A DNA stretch of 44,071 nucleotides from an uncultured Spirochaetia bacterium (GCA_964418785.1 CAYQNP010000040.1:1-44071), one strand, 5' to 3'. Positions 26,014-34,219 are shown, counted from the first letter of the stretch. Made by a program: numbers and translations. The notes: a model not told the origin generated them from the letters alone.

Positions 26014-27727
26014 ATAAACTATACTCTTTTTTTATTAAACTTTCTATCTCTGATTCAGCATTATTTAAATCAACAAGTATAGATTCATTATTTTTTCTCA
26101 ATTTAAGTTCTATTTTATTATTTTTTAAATTTTTATCACCTACAATTACTTTAATCGGAATACCTATTAAATCCGCATCTTTAAATTTAAATCCGGGAGA
26201 AACTTCTCGATCATCAATAAGAACTTCATAATCTTTTTTCAACAAACCGTTATAAATATCAAAAGCAGTATTTCTGGCATTTTCACTTTTTAAAGGCACA
26301 GGTATAACAATAACTTCAAACGGAGCAACAGTAATAGGCCAGATAATTCCAAATTTATCATTCGACTGTTCTATAATAGCTGCAACTGTTCTATCCACTC
26401 CTATTCCGTAACATCCCATAATAGGATGCTTCTCAGCATTATCTTTATCAAGAAATTTAACTTCCATACTTTCAGTATACTTTGTACCCAATTTAAAAAT
26501 GTGTCCGACTTCAATACCCCGTCTAAACTCTAATTTACTGCTGCAGTTAATACACAAATCTCCTTCTTTTACTGTACTCAAATCAAAAAATTCATCTACC
26601 TGAAAATCACGCTCATAATTAACATTTTTAAAATGAAAATCAGTTTCATTTGCACCTGTTATACCATTAACAATATATTTTATTGATTCATCTGCAATTA
26701 TTTTTATATTTTTTAAATTAACAGGTCCTGCGAAACCAACTTTTGCACCTGTAACTTTTTCAATAGTATTACTGTCTGCAAGTTGAAGTTCTACTGCCTT
26801 CAAACTGTTTTTTAATTTAACCTCATTTATTTCTATATCTCCCCTTATTAACACTGCGACAGGATTACTATCAGCAATATATATAATTGTTTTTATAAAT
26901 TTTTCAGGAGAAGTTTTAAAGAATTCCACTAAATCTTCTATTGACCCCACATCAGGAGTAGATACTTTTTCTATTGGGAGAAGTTCTTCATCTGATTTAG
27001 AATAATTATTTTTAGCAACAGCTTTTTCAAGGTTAGCGGCATAACCGCATTTCGGGCAGGATACAAGAACCTCCTCACCTATATCCGATACAACCATAAA
27101 TTCTTCTGATTTTTTACCGCCCATTGCACCGGTATCTGCATCAACAATAGCAATATCAAGTCCGCATCTGCGAAAAATATTTTTATATGCTTCACGCATT
27201 TTACTGTAAGAGACATCAAGTCCGGCTTCGTCAACATCAAAACTGTAAGCATCTTTCATAGTAAATTCTCTGCCGCGCATTACTCCAAACCTGGGCCGAA
27301 TCTCATCCCTGAACTTTGTCTTAATCTGGTAAAAATTAACAGGTAAATCTTTATATGAATTTATTTCCAATCTTACAAGTTCAGTAAAAACTTCTTCGTG
27401 AGTAGGACCAAGAGCATAAGGATGTTTACTTCTGTCATTTATTCTGAACATTTCAGGACCGAACTCATTCCATCTGCCTGATTTCTCCCATAATTCAGCC
27501 GGTGTAAGAATCGGAAGACTAAACTCCATTGCTCCTGCTTTATTCATCTCTTCTCTGATTATATTTTCTACTTTTTTAAAAACCCTTAACCCAAGCGGCA
27601 GATATGAATACAAGCCGGAACCGAGTTTACGAATCATACCTGCTCTTATCATTAATTTATGACTTATCACAACAGCGTCATTAGGTTCTTCTTTTAAAGT
27701 AGGCAGAAAAAAAACGCTTAATCTCAT
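26006..27727 (-). CDS. proS: prolyl-tRNA synthetase (bacterial type with editing insertion)
   Basis: 573 aa. MRLS..FLPTLKE.P.DA.V.SH.LM.RAG.IRKL.SG.Y.YLPLG, ..RPRFG.MRGREF.MKDAYSF.. and ..GCYGIGV.R are class II ProRS motifs. Confidence 0.95.
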   Translation of the reverse strand: MRLSVFFLPTLKEEPNDAVVISHKLMIRAGMIRKLGSGLYSYLPLGLRVFKKVENIIREEMNKAGAMEFSLPILTPAELWEKSGRWNEFGPEMFRINDRSKHPYALGPTHEEVFTELVRLEINSYKDLPVNFYQIKTKFRDEIRPRFGVMRGREFTMKDAYSFDVDEAGLDVSYSKMREAYKNIFRRCGLDIAIVDADTGAMGGKKSEEFMVVSDIGEEVLVSCPKCGYAANLEKAVAKNNYSKSDEELLPIEKVSTPDVGSIEDLVEFFKTSPEKFIKTIIYIADSNPVAVLIRGDIEINEVKLKNSLKAVELQLADSNTIEKVTGAKVGFAGPVNLKNIKIIADESIKYIVNGITGANETDFHFKNVNYERDFQVDEFFDLSTVKEGDLCINCSSKLEFRRGIEVGHIFKLGTKYTESMEVKFLDKDNAEKHPIMGCYGIGVDRTVAAIIEQSNDKFGIIWPITVAPFEVIVIPVPLKSENARNTAFDIYNGLLKKDYEVLIDDREVSPGFKFKDADLIGIPIKVIVGDKNLKNNKIELKLRKNNESILVDLNNAESEIESLIKKEYSLYE

Positions 27728-27742
27728 TTCAGACTCCTCTTA

Positions 27743-28003
27743 TTACTTACTAATATTATCTATAATTTTATCTATCTCTTCCTGAGAAAGCCAGTTATCA
27801 ACACCTTCCGGAAGTTCCCCCACATCTTTATACTGCTTCATTAATGTATCAATAATATCATCATACTTTAAAAAATTTAAAGTTACAAGTATCTCACCTA
27901 ATTTTTTATCCGGATTATCTTTCTGCAGTGCAAGTCCTTTATCAACCTGTTCTCTGGTCAATTTCCCTTCTTCTATTAATATTTCACCAAATAATTTATG
28001 CAT
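27743..28003 (-). CDS. stand-alone MshEN / T2SS-E N-terminal-like domain protein
   Basis: 86 aa. It contains two tandem 24-residue motifs, LFGEILIEEGKLTREQVDKGLALQ and KLGEILVTLNFLKYDDIIDTLMKQ, separated by a short KDNPD(K) spacer. This matches the xLGxxLLxxGxIxxxxLxxALxxQ pattern of GspE/MshE N-terminal domains. Confidence 0.6.
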   Translation of the reverse strand: MHKLFGEILIEEGKLTREQVDKGLALQKDNPDKKLGEILVTLNFLKYDDIIDTLMKQYKDVGELPEGVDNWLSQEEIDKIIDNISK

Positions 28004-28014
28004 ATAAATTCCTC

Positions 28015-28908
28015 CTATACTTTTTTTAATAACGGAAACCCCATCTCTTTTCTTAAATCCACATATTTATCTGCACACATTTTTGCAAGATGTCTTATTC
28101 TTTTTATATAACTTGTTCTTTCAGAAACACTTATAGCACCTCGAGCATCAAGAAGATTAAAAGTATGAGAACATTTTAAAACATAATCATACGCAGGAAT
28201 AACAAGTCCTTTATCAATGATATTTATACACTCCTGCTCAAATTTATTAAACAGGTCAAACATTAATTCTGTATCAGCAACTTCAAAATTATATTTTGAA
28301 AATTCATATTCATCTTTATGATGGACTTCACCATAAGTAATTTTGTCATTCCACATTATATCATATACATTCTCTTTTTCCTGCAGATACATTGCTATTC
28401 TTTCAAGTCCATAAGTAATCTCAAGAGAAATAGGATTTAATTTGATACCGGCGACATTTTGAAAATAAGTAAATTGTGTAATTTCCATTCCGTCAAGCCA
28501 GACTTCCCAGCCGAGGCCTGAAGCACCTAAAGTCGGGGATTCCCAGTCATCTTCATTAAATCTGATATCATGCTCATCTAACTTTAAACCGATATATTCA
28601 AGGCTTTTCAGATATATCTCCTGTGAATTTTCAGGAGCCGGCTTAATAATAACCTGATATTGATAATAATGCTGTAACCTGTTCGGATTATCTCCGTATC
28701 TTCCGTCTGTAGGTCTTCTTGAAGGCTCTACATAAGCAACACTCCACGGCTCAGGCCCTAAGACCCGTAAAAAAGTAGCAGGATTGAAAGTTCCTGCTCC
28801 TACTTCCATATCATATCCCTGATATAATATTACTCCTTTCTTGCTCCAGTATTCATTTAACTTCATTATTAATTCTTGAAAATTTAACATAGTGCTGTCT
28901 CTTCCCAT
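28015..28908 (-). CDS. glyQ: glycyl-tRNA synthetase alpha subunit
   Basis: Blocks are near-identical to known GlyQ: [81 protein letters not shown]. The true start may be the second Met (28890, MLNFQELI..). Confidence 0.95.
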   Translation of the reverse strand: MGRDSTMLNFQELIMKLNEYWSKKGVILYQGYDMEVGAGTFNPATFLRVLGPEPWSVAYVEPSRRPTDGRYGDNPNRLQHYYQYQVIIKPAPENSQEIYLKSLEYIGLKLDEHDIRFNEDDWESPTLGASGLGWEVWLDGMEITQFTYFQNVAGIKLNPISLEITYGLERIAMYLQEKENVYDIMWNDKITYGEVHHKDEYEFSKYNFEVADTELMFDLFNKFEQECINIIDKGLVIPAYDYVLKCSHTFNLLDARGAISVSERTSYIKRIRHLAKMCADKYVDLRKEMGFPLLKKV

Positions 28909-28916
28909 TTTATTTT

Positions 28917-29717
28917 TTATAATAAATTTTTATTTATATATTCTATTTTCTGCTCTACTAATTTGCGTCTGCTGTCATCAGGCGCTGCTTTATCAAGAAA
29001 CATCTTATAATATTTAACTGCTTCTCTATACTTCTTTAATTCAGTTTCATAAGCAAGCGCTATATTTATATAAAGACTCACATCATCCGGCGTAAATAAA
29101 AGACATGCTTTCCAGTATTCGATTGCTTTATCAAATTCCTTCATTGCAAAATATACTGTAGCAATATTGTTATATACTTCTACATAAGACGGATCCAGCT
29201 GATTCGCCTGTTCATAATATTTTAATGCTTCTTTATAATTTTTCCTAAAAAAAGCATCATTTCCTTTAGCCTTTAATTCTTTTGCCTTTATATTTTTTGT
29301 AGAATCATCCTGAGATAAAATAAAATTAATAACTTTGTAAATCTCATCTTTATGCGGTGAATTGGGAAATAAGGCAAGATATTTGTTAAAATAAAATACT
29401 GCTTTTGAATAATTTTTATAATACTTATAATTTAATACTCCAAGATTAAACAGTGCTTCAAGCTGAGCAACATCCTTTTTATCAACAGAAAAAGTGTTTC
29501 CCTTAAACCTTAATGCACGCTTAAAAGAACCTTCTGCATATTTTATCTTTCCTTTCTCTACATAACTGACTCCGGCATCAAAATAGTATTTACTTGAAGT
29601 GTGAAATGCATCATATATATAATACTTAACTGCATTCGGAAATAATACATAAACAAGTAATAGAAAAACAACTATGCCTGTAATTATATACTCTTTTTTC
29701 TTTAAAAATTCTTTCAA
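28917..29717 (-). CDS. TPR-repeat protein with an N-terminal membrane anchor
   Basis: 266 aa. One N-terminal hydrophobic helix, then several canonical TPR repeats (..[63 protein letters not shown]..). Confidence 0.75.
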   Translation of the reverse strand: MKEFLKKKEYIITGIVVFLLLVYVLFPNAVKYYIYDAFHTSSKYYFDAGVSYVEKGKIKYAEGSFKRALRFKGNTFSVDKKDVAQLEALFNLGVLNYKYYKNYSKAVFYFNKYLALFPNSPHKDEIYKVINFILSQDDSTKNIKAKELKAKGNDAFFRKNYKEALKYYEQANQLDPSYVEVYNNIATVYFAMKEFDKAIEYWKACLLFTPDDVSLYINIALAYETELKKYREAVKYYKMFLDKAAPDDSRRKLVEQKIEYINKNLL

Positions 29718-30085
29718 TTTGTCACCATCCCTACCATAACGGTATTATTTTCTTCGTTCACAGGACCGAGCGTTTTTTTATCTTCGTCTATATAATCAAT
29801 CTCAACTTCTTTTTCAGTATCTTTATACCCCGGTTTTGAAAAGTATAGCTTTATAGTTGTGCCCGCACTGCCGATTTCCCCCTCAATATTAAATGAACCA
29901 TCGCTATATGAATAAACAGTAACATTGCCGGATTCTATTTTTACATCTTTAACCCCCGGCTCATTGGTGTCGAAAACATTATTGCCGTTCAAATCATTAT
30001 AAACTTTTCCCGAGAATTCTACTTTATTAGTACAACTGTATGAAAACAATAAACCGAACATTATAAATAATAAAAATTTTTTCAT
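29714..30085 (-). CDS. small lipoprotein with an SdrD-B / carboxypeptidase-regulatory-like beta-sandwich
   Basis: 123 aa. Lipobox LFSYSC. GKVYNDLNGNNVFDTNEPGVKDVKIE..SDGSFNIE fits the SdrD B-type repeat pattern. Confidence 0.5.
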   Translation of the reverse strand: MKKFLLFIMFGLLFSYSCTNKVEFSGKVYNDLNGNNVFDTNEPGVKDVKIESGNVTVYSYSDGSFNIEGEIGSAGTTIKLYFSKPGYKDTEKEVEIDYIDEDKKTLGPVNEENNTVMVGMVTN

Positions 30086-30097
30086 ATATACACCAGA

Positions 30098-31477
30098 TTA
30101 AAACCGGAAAATTTTTTGATATTTGAATTTGTATTCATTATTAGAAAACCCGAACGCAAAATAAGAATCATTGTTGTCAGCATTAACAAAAATTTTATTT
30201 TTTTCTGCAGGATAACCGGCATTAACTGTATCCCATATATGAATAATACTGCCAAGAATAATCATAGTCCACATTCCTGCTTTATAAGAATTTTTTATAT
30301 TATCATAAACATCGCCTTTGGAAACACTCCATTTAGTAGTATCAAGAATAGGTTCCTTTGAAAGGTTTTCGTCACTGGCAAGATAATTCAAATAAACAGC
30401 TGAGCCGAAACATAATCCTTCAGTAATAAAAAACACTATTCCGTTTAACCAGCGTTTTTCCGCTATTTGTCCCAGACCCGGAAAAGCAAACGACATCAAT
30501 GCTCTATTCCATACAAAAACCGGATCAACTACTTCAACTTTTAAACCGGGGACAATATTTTCAGAATCGCCTTTTACAACTTTTGCAACAGATGAATTTT
30601 CTCTTAATTCAAGCACCTGTAAATACCCTACATCCTCCTGATTAACTGTTATAATTTCACCTGTTACAGGATGTTTTATTTTTTCCGGTTTACCCAGAAC
30701 TTTAAGGTTCACTCTGGAATTCAGGCCGTTTTCCGTACCAAGGTCAACTATATAATCTTTCCCTTTCTTTGATACAATGTATCCTGTAAGAGGAAACTCT
30801 TTTAAAAATGCTATTACAAGAGACTTAGCAGCTCTGTTTTTTGCTTCCAACAATAATGCTTTTTTTCTGTTGCTTTTATCACCTTTTAATTCTTCAGTTA
30901 CATTTTCAACTATCCAGACATAATCATTTTTATTATCGCTTTTTATACTTTTAGAAGCCCTGCCCGTAACACGCTTACCCAGAAGAACCTTTCCTGTCTC
31001 AATATCAATTAATCTTGCTGCAAGATGAACTTTTGCCGTCCATGTTGTAACATAATATTTAACCTTCTTAGTTACCTTTTTGCCGTTCTCTTTCTTTGTA
31101 ACTGTTTTTGTTTTCTTTTCAACAGATTTGCTTACACTTGCTCCTGTAATACTGCCGAAAATAATATATTTCGCACCGACAAGTTTCCCTACACTAACTG
31201 CATCCTCCGGATTAACAATACCGCTCAACTGCAGTTCCTGCTCTTTTAAAATATCAGCCAATTTTTCCCGTTCTATTATATCAAACCTTTTTGTCTCAGC
31301 AAATAAAACAGACAACTCATCCGTTAAAGATTTTCCTAAAAACTTATATTCCGACTGATTTTTAAAATCTGCTATAATTAATTTCTCTCTATAAATAGAA
31401 GTAGCCTTATCTTTTTCAAAAGCCTGCAAAGTACTTACAAACAGAAACATTATTATAAAAGTCTTTATTATTCTCAT
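30098..31477 (-). CDS. CsgG/LpoB-like periplasmic protein fused to a C-terminal two-helix membrane module
   Basis: 459 aa. Signal peptide, then the CsgG-family core pattern (..LIIADFKNQSEYKFLGKSLTDELSVLFAETKRFDIIEREKLADILKEQELQLSGIV..AVSVGKLVGAKYIIFGSI..). A beta-rich domain follows, then hydrophobic helices with a PGLGQI motif. The protein ends ..YQKIFRF. Confidence 0.55.
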   Translation of the reverse strand: MRIIKTFIIMFLFVSTLQAFEKDKATSIYREKLIIADFKNQSEYKFLGKSLTDELSVLFAETKRFDIIEREKLADILKEQELQLSGIVNPEDAVSVGKLVGAKYIIFGSITGASVSKSVEKKTKTVTKKENGKKVTKKVKYYVTTWTAKVHLAARLIDIETGKVLLGKRVTGRASKSIKSDNKNDYVWIVENVTEELKGDKSNRKKALLLEAKNRAAKSLVIAFLKEFPLTGYIVSKKGKDYIVDLGTENGLNSRVNLKVLGKPEKIKHPVTGEIITVNQEDVGYLQVLELRENSSVAKVVKGDSENIVPGLKVEVVDPVFVWNRALMSFAFPGLGQIAEKRWLNGIVFFITEGLCFGSAVYLNYLASDENLSKEPILDTTKWSVSKGDVYDNIKNSYKAGMWTMIILGSIIHIWDTVNAGYPAEKNKIFVNADNNDSYFAFGFSNNEYKFKYQKIFRF

Positions 31478-31491
31478 AATCTTACCAGTAG

Positions 31492-31520
31492 TAATAAATC
31501 TCTTTTTATTCCAAAGTCAA
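31492..31520 (-). promoter_or_regulatory. possible promoter of the csgG-like...lptD operon
   Basis: Minus strand: TTGACT (31520-31515), 17-nt spacer, TTATTA (31497-31492), with ATG at 31477. A TGCACCGTCCCT motif lies 22 nt upstream of the -35. Confidence 0.3.
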
Positions 31521-31542
31521 CAGTTTTTTAGTGAAAATAGAT

Positions 31543-31554
31543 AGGGACGGTGCA
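31543..31554. repeat. AGGGACGGTGCA, a perfect inverted copy of TGCACCGTCCCT (31736-31747, 32045-32056)
   Basis: Read directly from the sequence. The 12/12 inverted match brackets a ~205-bp segment (31543-31747). Confidence 0.8.
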
Positions 31555-31590
31555 ATACTTTATATACTTTACTTAACTTTTACGAATTAG

Positions 31591-31614
31591 ATTTCTCCCG
31601 CTGGTCGAAATGAC
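31591..31614 (-). repeat. small hairpin box, ATTTC-N11-GAAAT followed by GAC (REP-like unit, minus orientation)
   Basis: ATTTCTCCCGCTGGTCGAAATGAC. Its reverse complement, GTCATTTCGACCAGCGGGAGAAAT, matches the GTCATTTCGA units at 31771 and 31793. Confidence 0.6.
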
Positions 31615-31635
31615 ATAGAGAGAAGTATTGTCGCA

Positions 31636-31720
31636 GAGCATGAAGACTCGGCTACATACATTATCTCAAGCGAATGATATTCGTCCCTACATAAATGCCG
31701 AGCATGAAGACTCGGCTACA
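31636..31720 (+). repeat. two perfect 21-bp direct repeats, GAGCATGAAGACTCGGCTACA
   Basis: Copies are at 31636-31656 and 31700-31720 (64-bp period). The second contains the small palindrome CCGAG-N8-CTCGG. Confidence 0.85.
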
Positions 31721-31749
31721 AAGTTTATACTGTTTTGCACCGTCCCTCC
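31673..31749 (+). repeat. ~77-bp direct-repeat unit, copy 1
   Basis: It starts AATGATATTCGTCCCTACA and ends with the 32-mer ACAAAGTTTATACTGTTTTGCACCGTCCCTCC (31718-31749). The centre differs from copy 2. Confidence 0.8.
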
Positions 31750-31770
31750 AGTATACGACTCTTTCCATCT

Positions 31771-31971
31771 GTCATTTCGACTCTCCACCTCTGTCATTTC
31801 GAGCGTATGCGAGAAATCTTGCCGTGTTTAATTCAGCTGTAAAATTCCTCACGCTCGCTGCGCTCGGTTCGGAATGACAATATAGACGGATTCCTCATAT
31901 TCGTTTGGAATGACAATGTGTGTCGGCTATTCGGAATGACATTGTAGTGGAGCGTGTGCATTCTGGATGAC
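31771..31971. repeat. array of GTCATT(T/C)C boxes and small hairpins in convergent orientation (REP/BIME-like)
   Basis: Plus-oriented GTCATTTCGA occurs at 31771 and 31793; the latter forms the hairpin ATTTC-N12-GAAAT (31793-31818). Minus-oriented GGAATGAC occurs at 31871, 31907 and 31933, with GGATGAC at 31965. These include the hairpins ATTCC-N22-GGAAT (31844-31878) and ATTCC-N12-GGAAT (31890-31914). Confidence 0.7.
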
Positions 31972-31980
31972 ATTCGGACA

Positions 31981-32058
31981 AATGATTATTCGTCCCTACA
32001 AATACACAGAGTCTTCCTCCGTCCCCACAAAGTTTATACTGTTTTGCACCGTCCCTCC
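31981..32058 (+). repeat. ~78-bp direct-repeat unit, copy 2
   Basis: It starts AATGATTATTCGTCCCTACA and ends with the identical 32-mer at 32027-32058. Confidence 0.8.
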
Positions 32059-32074
32059 TGTATATATAAACATC

Positions 32075-32102
32075 TTGACATTTAATAAGTAATTAATATT
32101 AT
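32075..32102 (+). promoter_or_regulatory. sigma70-type promoter with leaderless geometry (APC permease)
   Basis: TTGACA (32075-32080), 16-nt spacer, TATTAT (32097-32102), 7 nt, then ATG (32110). No SD is present. A TGCACCGTCCCT motif lies 18 nt upstream of the -35. Confidence 0.4.
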
Positions 32103-32109
32103 ATTAATT

Positions 32110-33978
32110 ATGAAAAAAACTAATTCATTAAAATTAGAGCGGAAACTGGGATTTATCGATATATTTGCGCTTGCAGCAGGAGCAATGATAAGTTCAGGAC
32201 TTTTCATTCTGCCCGGAATTGCATTTGCAAAGTCAGGACCTGCTGTTATTGTAGCATATCTGTTAGCATCGCTTCTTATGCTGCCCACAATGTTTGCTCA
32301 GGTTGAACTCGTAACAGCAATGCCTAAAGCAGGAGGGACATATTTTTTTATAGAACGAAGCCTCGGGCCATTAGCAGGCATATTAAGCGGACTTGCGAAC
32401 TGGTTTTCAATCAGTTTAAAAACCGCTTTTGCACTTGTTGGTATAGGCGCTTTTCTTGTATTAATTAAACCCGACGCTTCAACTTTTGAAATAAAATTAA
32501 TCGCTGTTTCTGCAACTGTTTTATTTGCTGCTGTTAATATTATAAGCGTAGAAAAAGCAGGGAAATTTCAAATATTTCTTGTTCTGTTTTTACTTATCAT
32601 TCTTAATTATTATATAATAGGCGGATTAAACAGAATTAAAGTTTTAAATTTCTCACCATTTATGCCGTTCGGTAAAATATCAATATTAAAAACCGCAGGG
32701 TTAGTCTTTATCTCTTTCGGCGGCTTAACAAAAGTAGCAAGTCTGGGCGAAGAAGTAAAAAATCCGGGAAAAAATATACCAATTGGAATGTTTTCTGCCT
32801 TCTTAATTGTAAGTGCAATTTATATAGCTGTTATATTCGTTACTGTAGGAATAGTGGACAAAGAAATATTAAAAAACTCACTGGTGCCGTTATCCCTTGG
32901 CGGAAAAATATTAGGCGGAACTTTTGGTGAAATCACTCTCTCAATAGCAGCTATGCTTGCTTTTATCACAACTGCAAATGCAGGAATTATGTCTGCTTCC
33001 AGAGCACCATTTGCTATGAGCAGAGATAAATTATTACCCCCTGTATTCGGCAAAGTAAATTCTAAAACAGACACCCCTGTCTTCTCTATAATTATTACAA
33101 GTGCATTTATAATATCCGTGATAACACTTCTTGATATAGAAAGTCTCGTAAAAACAGCTTCTGCTTTAATGCTGCTTCTTTTTATATTTGTTAATATTGC
33201 TATAATAATTATGCGGGAAAGCAAAATACAAAGTTACAGACCTACTTTTAAAGCCATAGGGTATCCCTTGCTTCAAATTTTCTCTATTGTAATATATTCT
33301 TTTCTTATAGTTGAAATGGGGAAAGCGCCTCTTTTAATCTCTCTGCTGCTTGTAGCAACAGGTATGCTGTGGTATTATATATTTCTTCAAAAAAAAGTTA
33401 AAATACAGTCTGCTCTAATACATATTGTTGAAAGAATTACAGATAAAAAAATAGTTGATGATTCACTTACAAATGAATTAAACGATATACTGCTCGAGCG
33501 GGATAATATCATTGAAGACAGATTTGATAAAATTATCAGAAAATCAATTATAATCGATATGCATAAATTGATAGATTATAAAGACTTTTTTAAATATATT
33601 TCTAAGAAGATAGCGTCAAAAGTATCACTAAGTGAAACACAAATGTACCGGTTATTAATGAATAGAGAAAAAGAATCCTCAACAGTTATTAAACCGGGGC
33701 TTGCTATTCCGCATATAATTATTCCGGGGAAAAATAAATTTTATATTGTTCTGGTAAGAAATAAAGAAGGAATAAGATTTCCGGGGACAGATACTCTCGT
33801 AAAAACCGTATTTATACTACTCGGCACAAAAGACGAGAGAAATTTTCACCTCAGGGCTTTAATGGCTATAGCACAAATAGCTCAGGAAGAAAATTTTTCA
33901 ACTTTATGGCTAAATGCAAAGAATACAAATGAACTCCGCAGTATTATACTTTTGTCAAATAGACAACGCGACTCTTAA
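32110..33978 (+). CDS. APC-superfamily amino-acid permease fused to a C-terminal PTS-EIIA(Ntr/Fru)-like domain
   Basis: 622 aa. An N-terminal ~430 aa with ~12 TM helices carries the APC motif ..FALAAGAMISSGLFILPG... The C-terminal ~150 aa contain ..TVIKPGLAIPHIIIPGKNKFYIVL....TVFILLGTKDERNFHLRALMAIAQI, resembling the PTS_EIIA_2 fold including the GxAIPH histidine. Confidence 0.75.
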   Translation: MKKTNSLKLERKLGFIDIFALAAGAMISSGLFILPGIAFAKSGPAVIVAYLLASLLMLPTMFAQVELVTAMPKAGGTYFFIERSLGPLAGILSGLANWFSISLKTAFALVGIGAFLVLIKPDASTFEIKLIAVSATVLFAAVNIISVEKAGKFQIFLVLFLLIILNYYIIGGLNRIKVLNFSPFMPFGKISILKTAGLVFISFGGLTKVASLGEEVKNPGKNIPIGMFSAFLIVSAIYIAVIFVTVGIVDKEILKNSLVPLSLGGKILGGTFGEITLSIAAMLAFITTANAGIMSASRAPFAMSRDKLLPPVFGKVNSKTDTPVFSIIITSAFIISVITLLDIESLVKTASALMLLLFIFVNIAIIIMRESKIQSYRPTFKAIGYPLLQIFSIVIYSFLIVEMGKAPLLISLLLVATGMLWYYIFLQKKVKIQSALIHIVERITDKKIVDDSLTNELNDILLERDNIIEDRFDKIIRKSIIIDMHKLIDYKDFFKYISKKIASKVSLSETQMYRLLMNREKESSTVIKPGLAIPHIIIPGKNKFYIVLVRNKEGIRFPGTDTLVKTVFILLGTKDERNFHLRALMAIAQIAQEENFSTLWLNAKNTNELRSIILLSNRQRDS

Positions 33979-34035
33979 TAATTAATAATAAAGAAGTCCG
34001 TATTCAGTGCCGATAATTGTAAAAAGGAGTTAAAC

Positions 34036-34209
34036 ATGAAAATTGGAAACATTAAAAATGATTCTTTAATTCAAACTCAAAAAATGCTCAAGGAAGCTGC
34101 AAATCTTCCAAAACAGATATCAAAAGATGTCCGAAAATTAAATAACAAACTATTAAAACTCAATATTAAAGAAAAAGTAAGCAGCTCCGGCATTGATACT
34201 TATGCTTAA
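34036..34209 (+). CDS. small YjfB-like (putative motility protein family) ORF, not in the ORF track
   Basis: 57 aa (MKIGNIKNDSLIQTQKMLKEAANLPKQISKDVRKLNNKLLKLNIKEKVSSSGIDTYA). An AAGGAG SD lies at 34024-34029. The length, the central MLKEA segment and the C-terminal G-IDxxA ending resemble YjfB-family proteins. Confidence 0.4.
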   Translation: MKIGNIKNDSLIQTQKMLKEAANLPKQISKDVRKLNNKLLKLNIKEKVSSSGIDTYA

Positions 34210-34219
34210 TTTTTAACGA

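Noticed and set aside
31628-31877. Track ORFs 31628..31831 and 31695..31877 (+)
   Set aside because: They are translations of the repeat and hairpin units (for example ..SFRLSTSVISSVCEKS..). They have no SD and overlap each other in different frames. ORFs like this are characteristic artefacts of REP-like repeats.
31478-32109. Possible CRISPR array, T-box leader for the permease, tmRNA/RNase P-like RNA, or group II intron domain V (GAGCGTATGCGAGAAATC) in the repeat-rich interval
   Set aside because: The repeats are heterogeneous in length (12, 21, 32 and ~77 bp) and in orientation. They lack regular repeat-spacer periodicity, and no cas genes are present.

I found no T-box consensus (..GGGTGGTACCGCG..) followed by a terminator/antiterminator, and no RNase P or tmRNA conserved blocks.

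The domain-V-like string lacks the complementary 3' arm and any adjacent reverse transcriptase or maturase.
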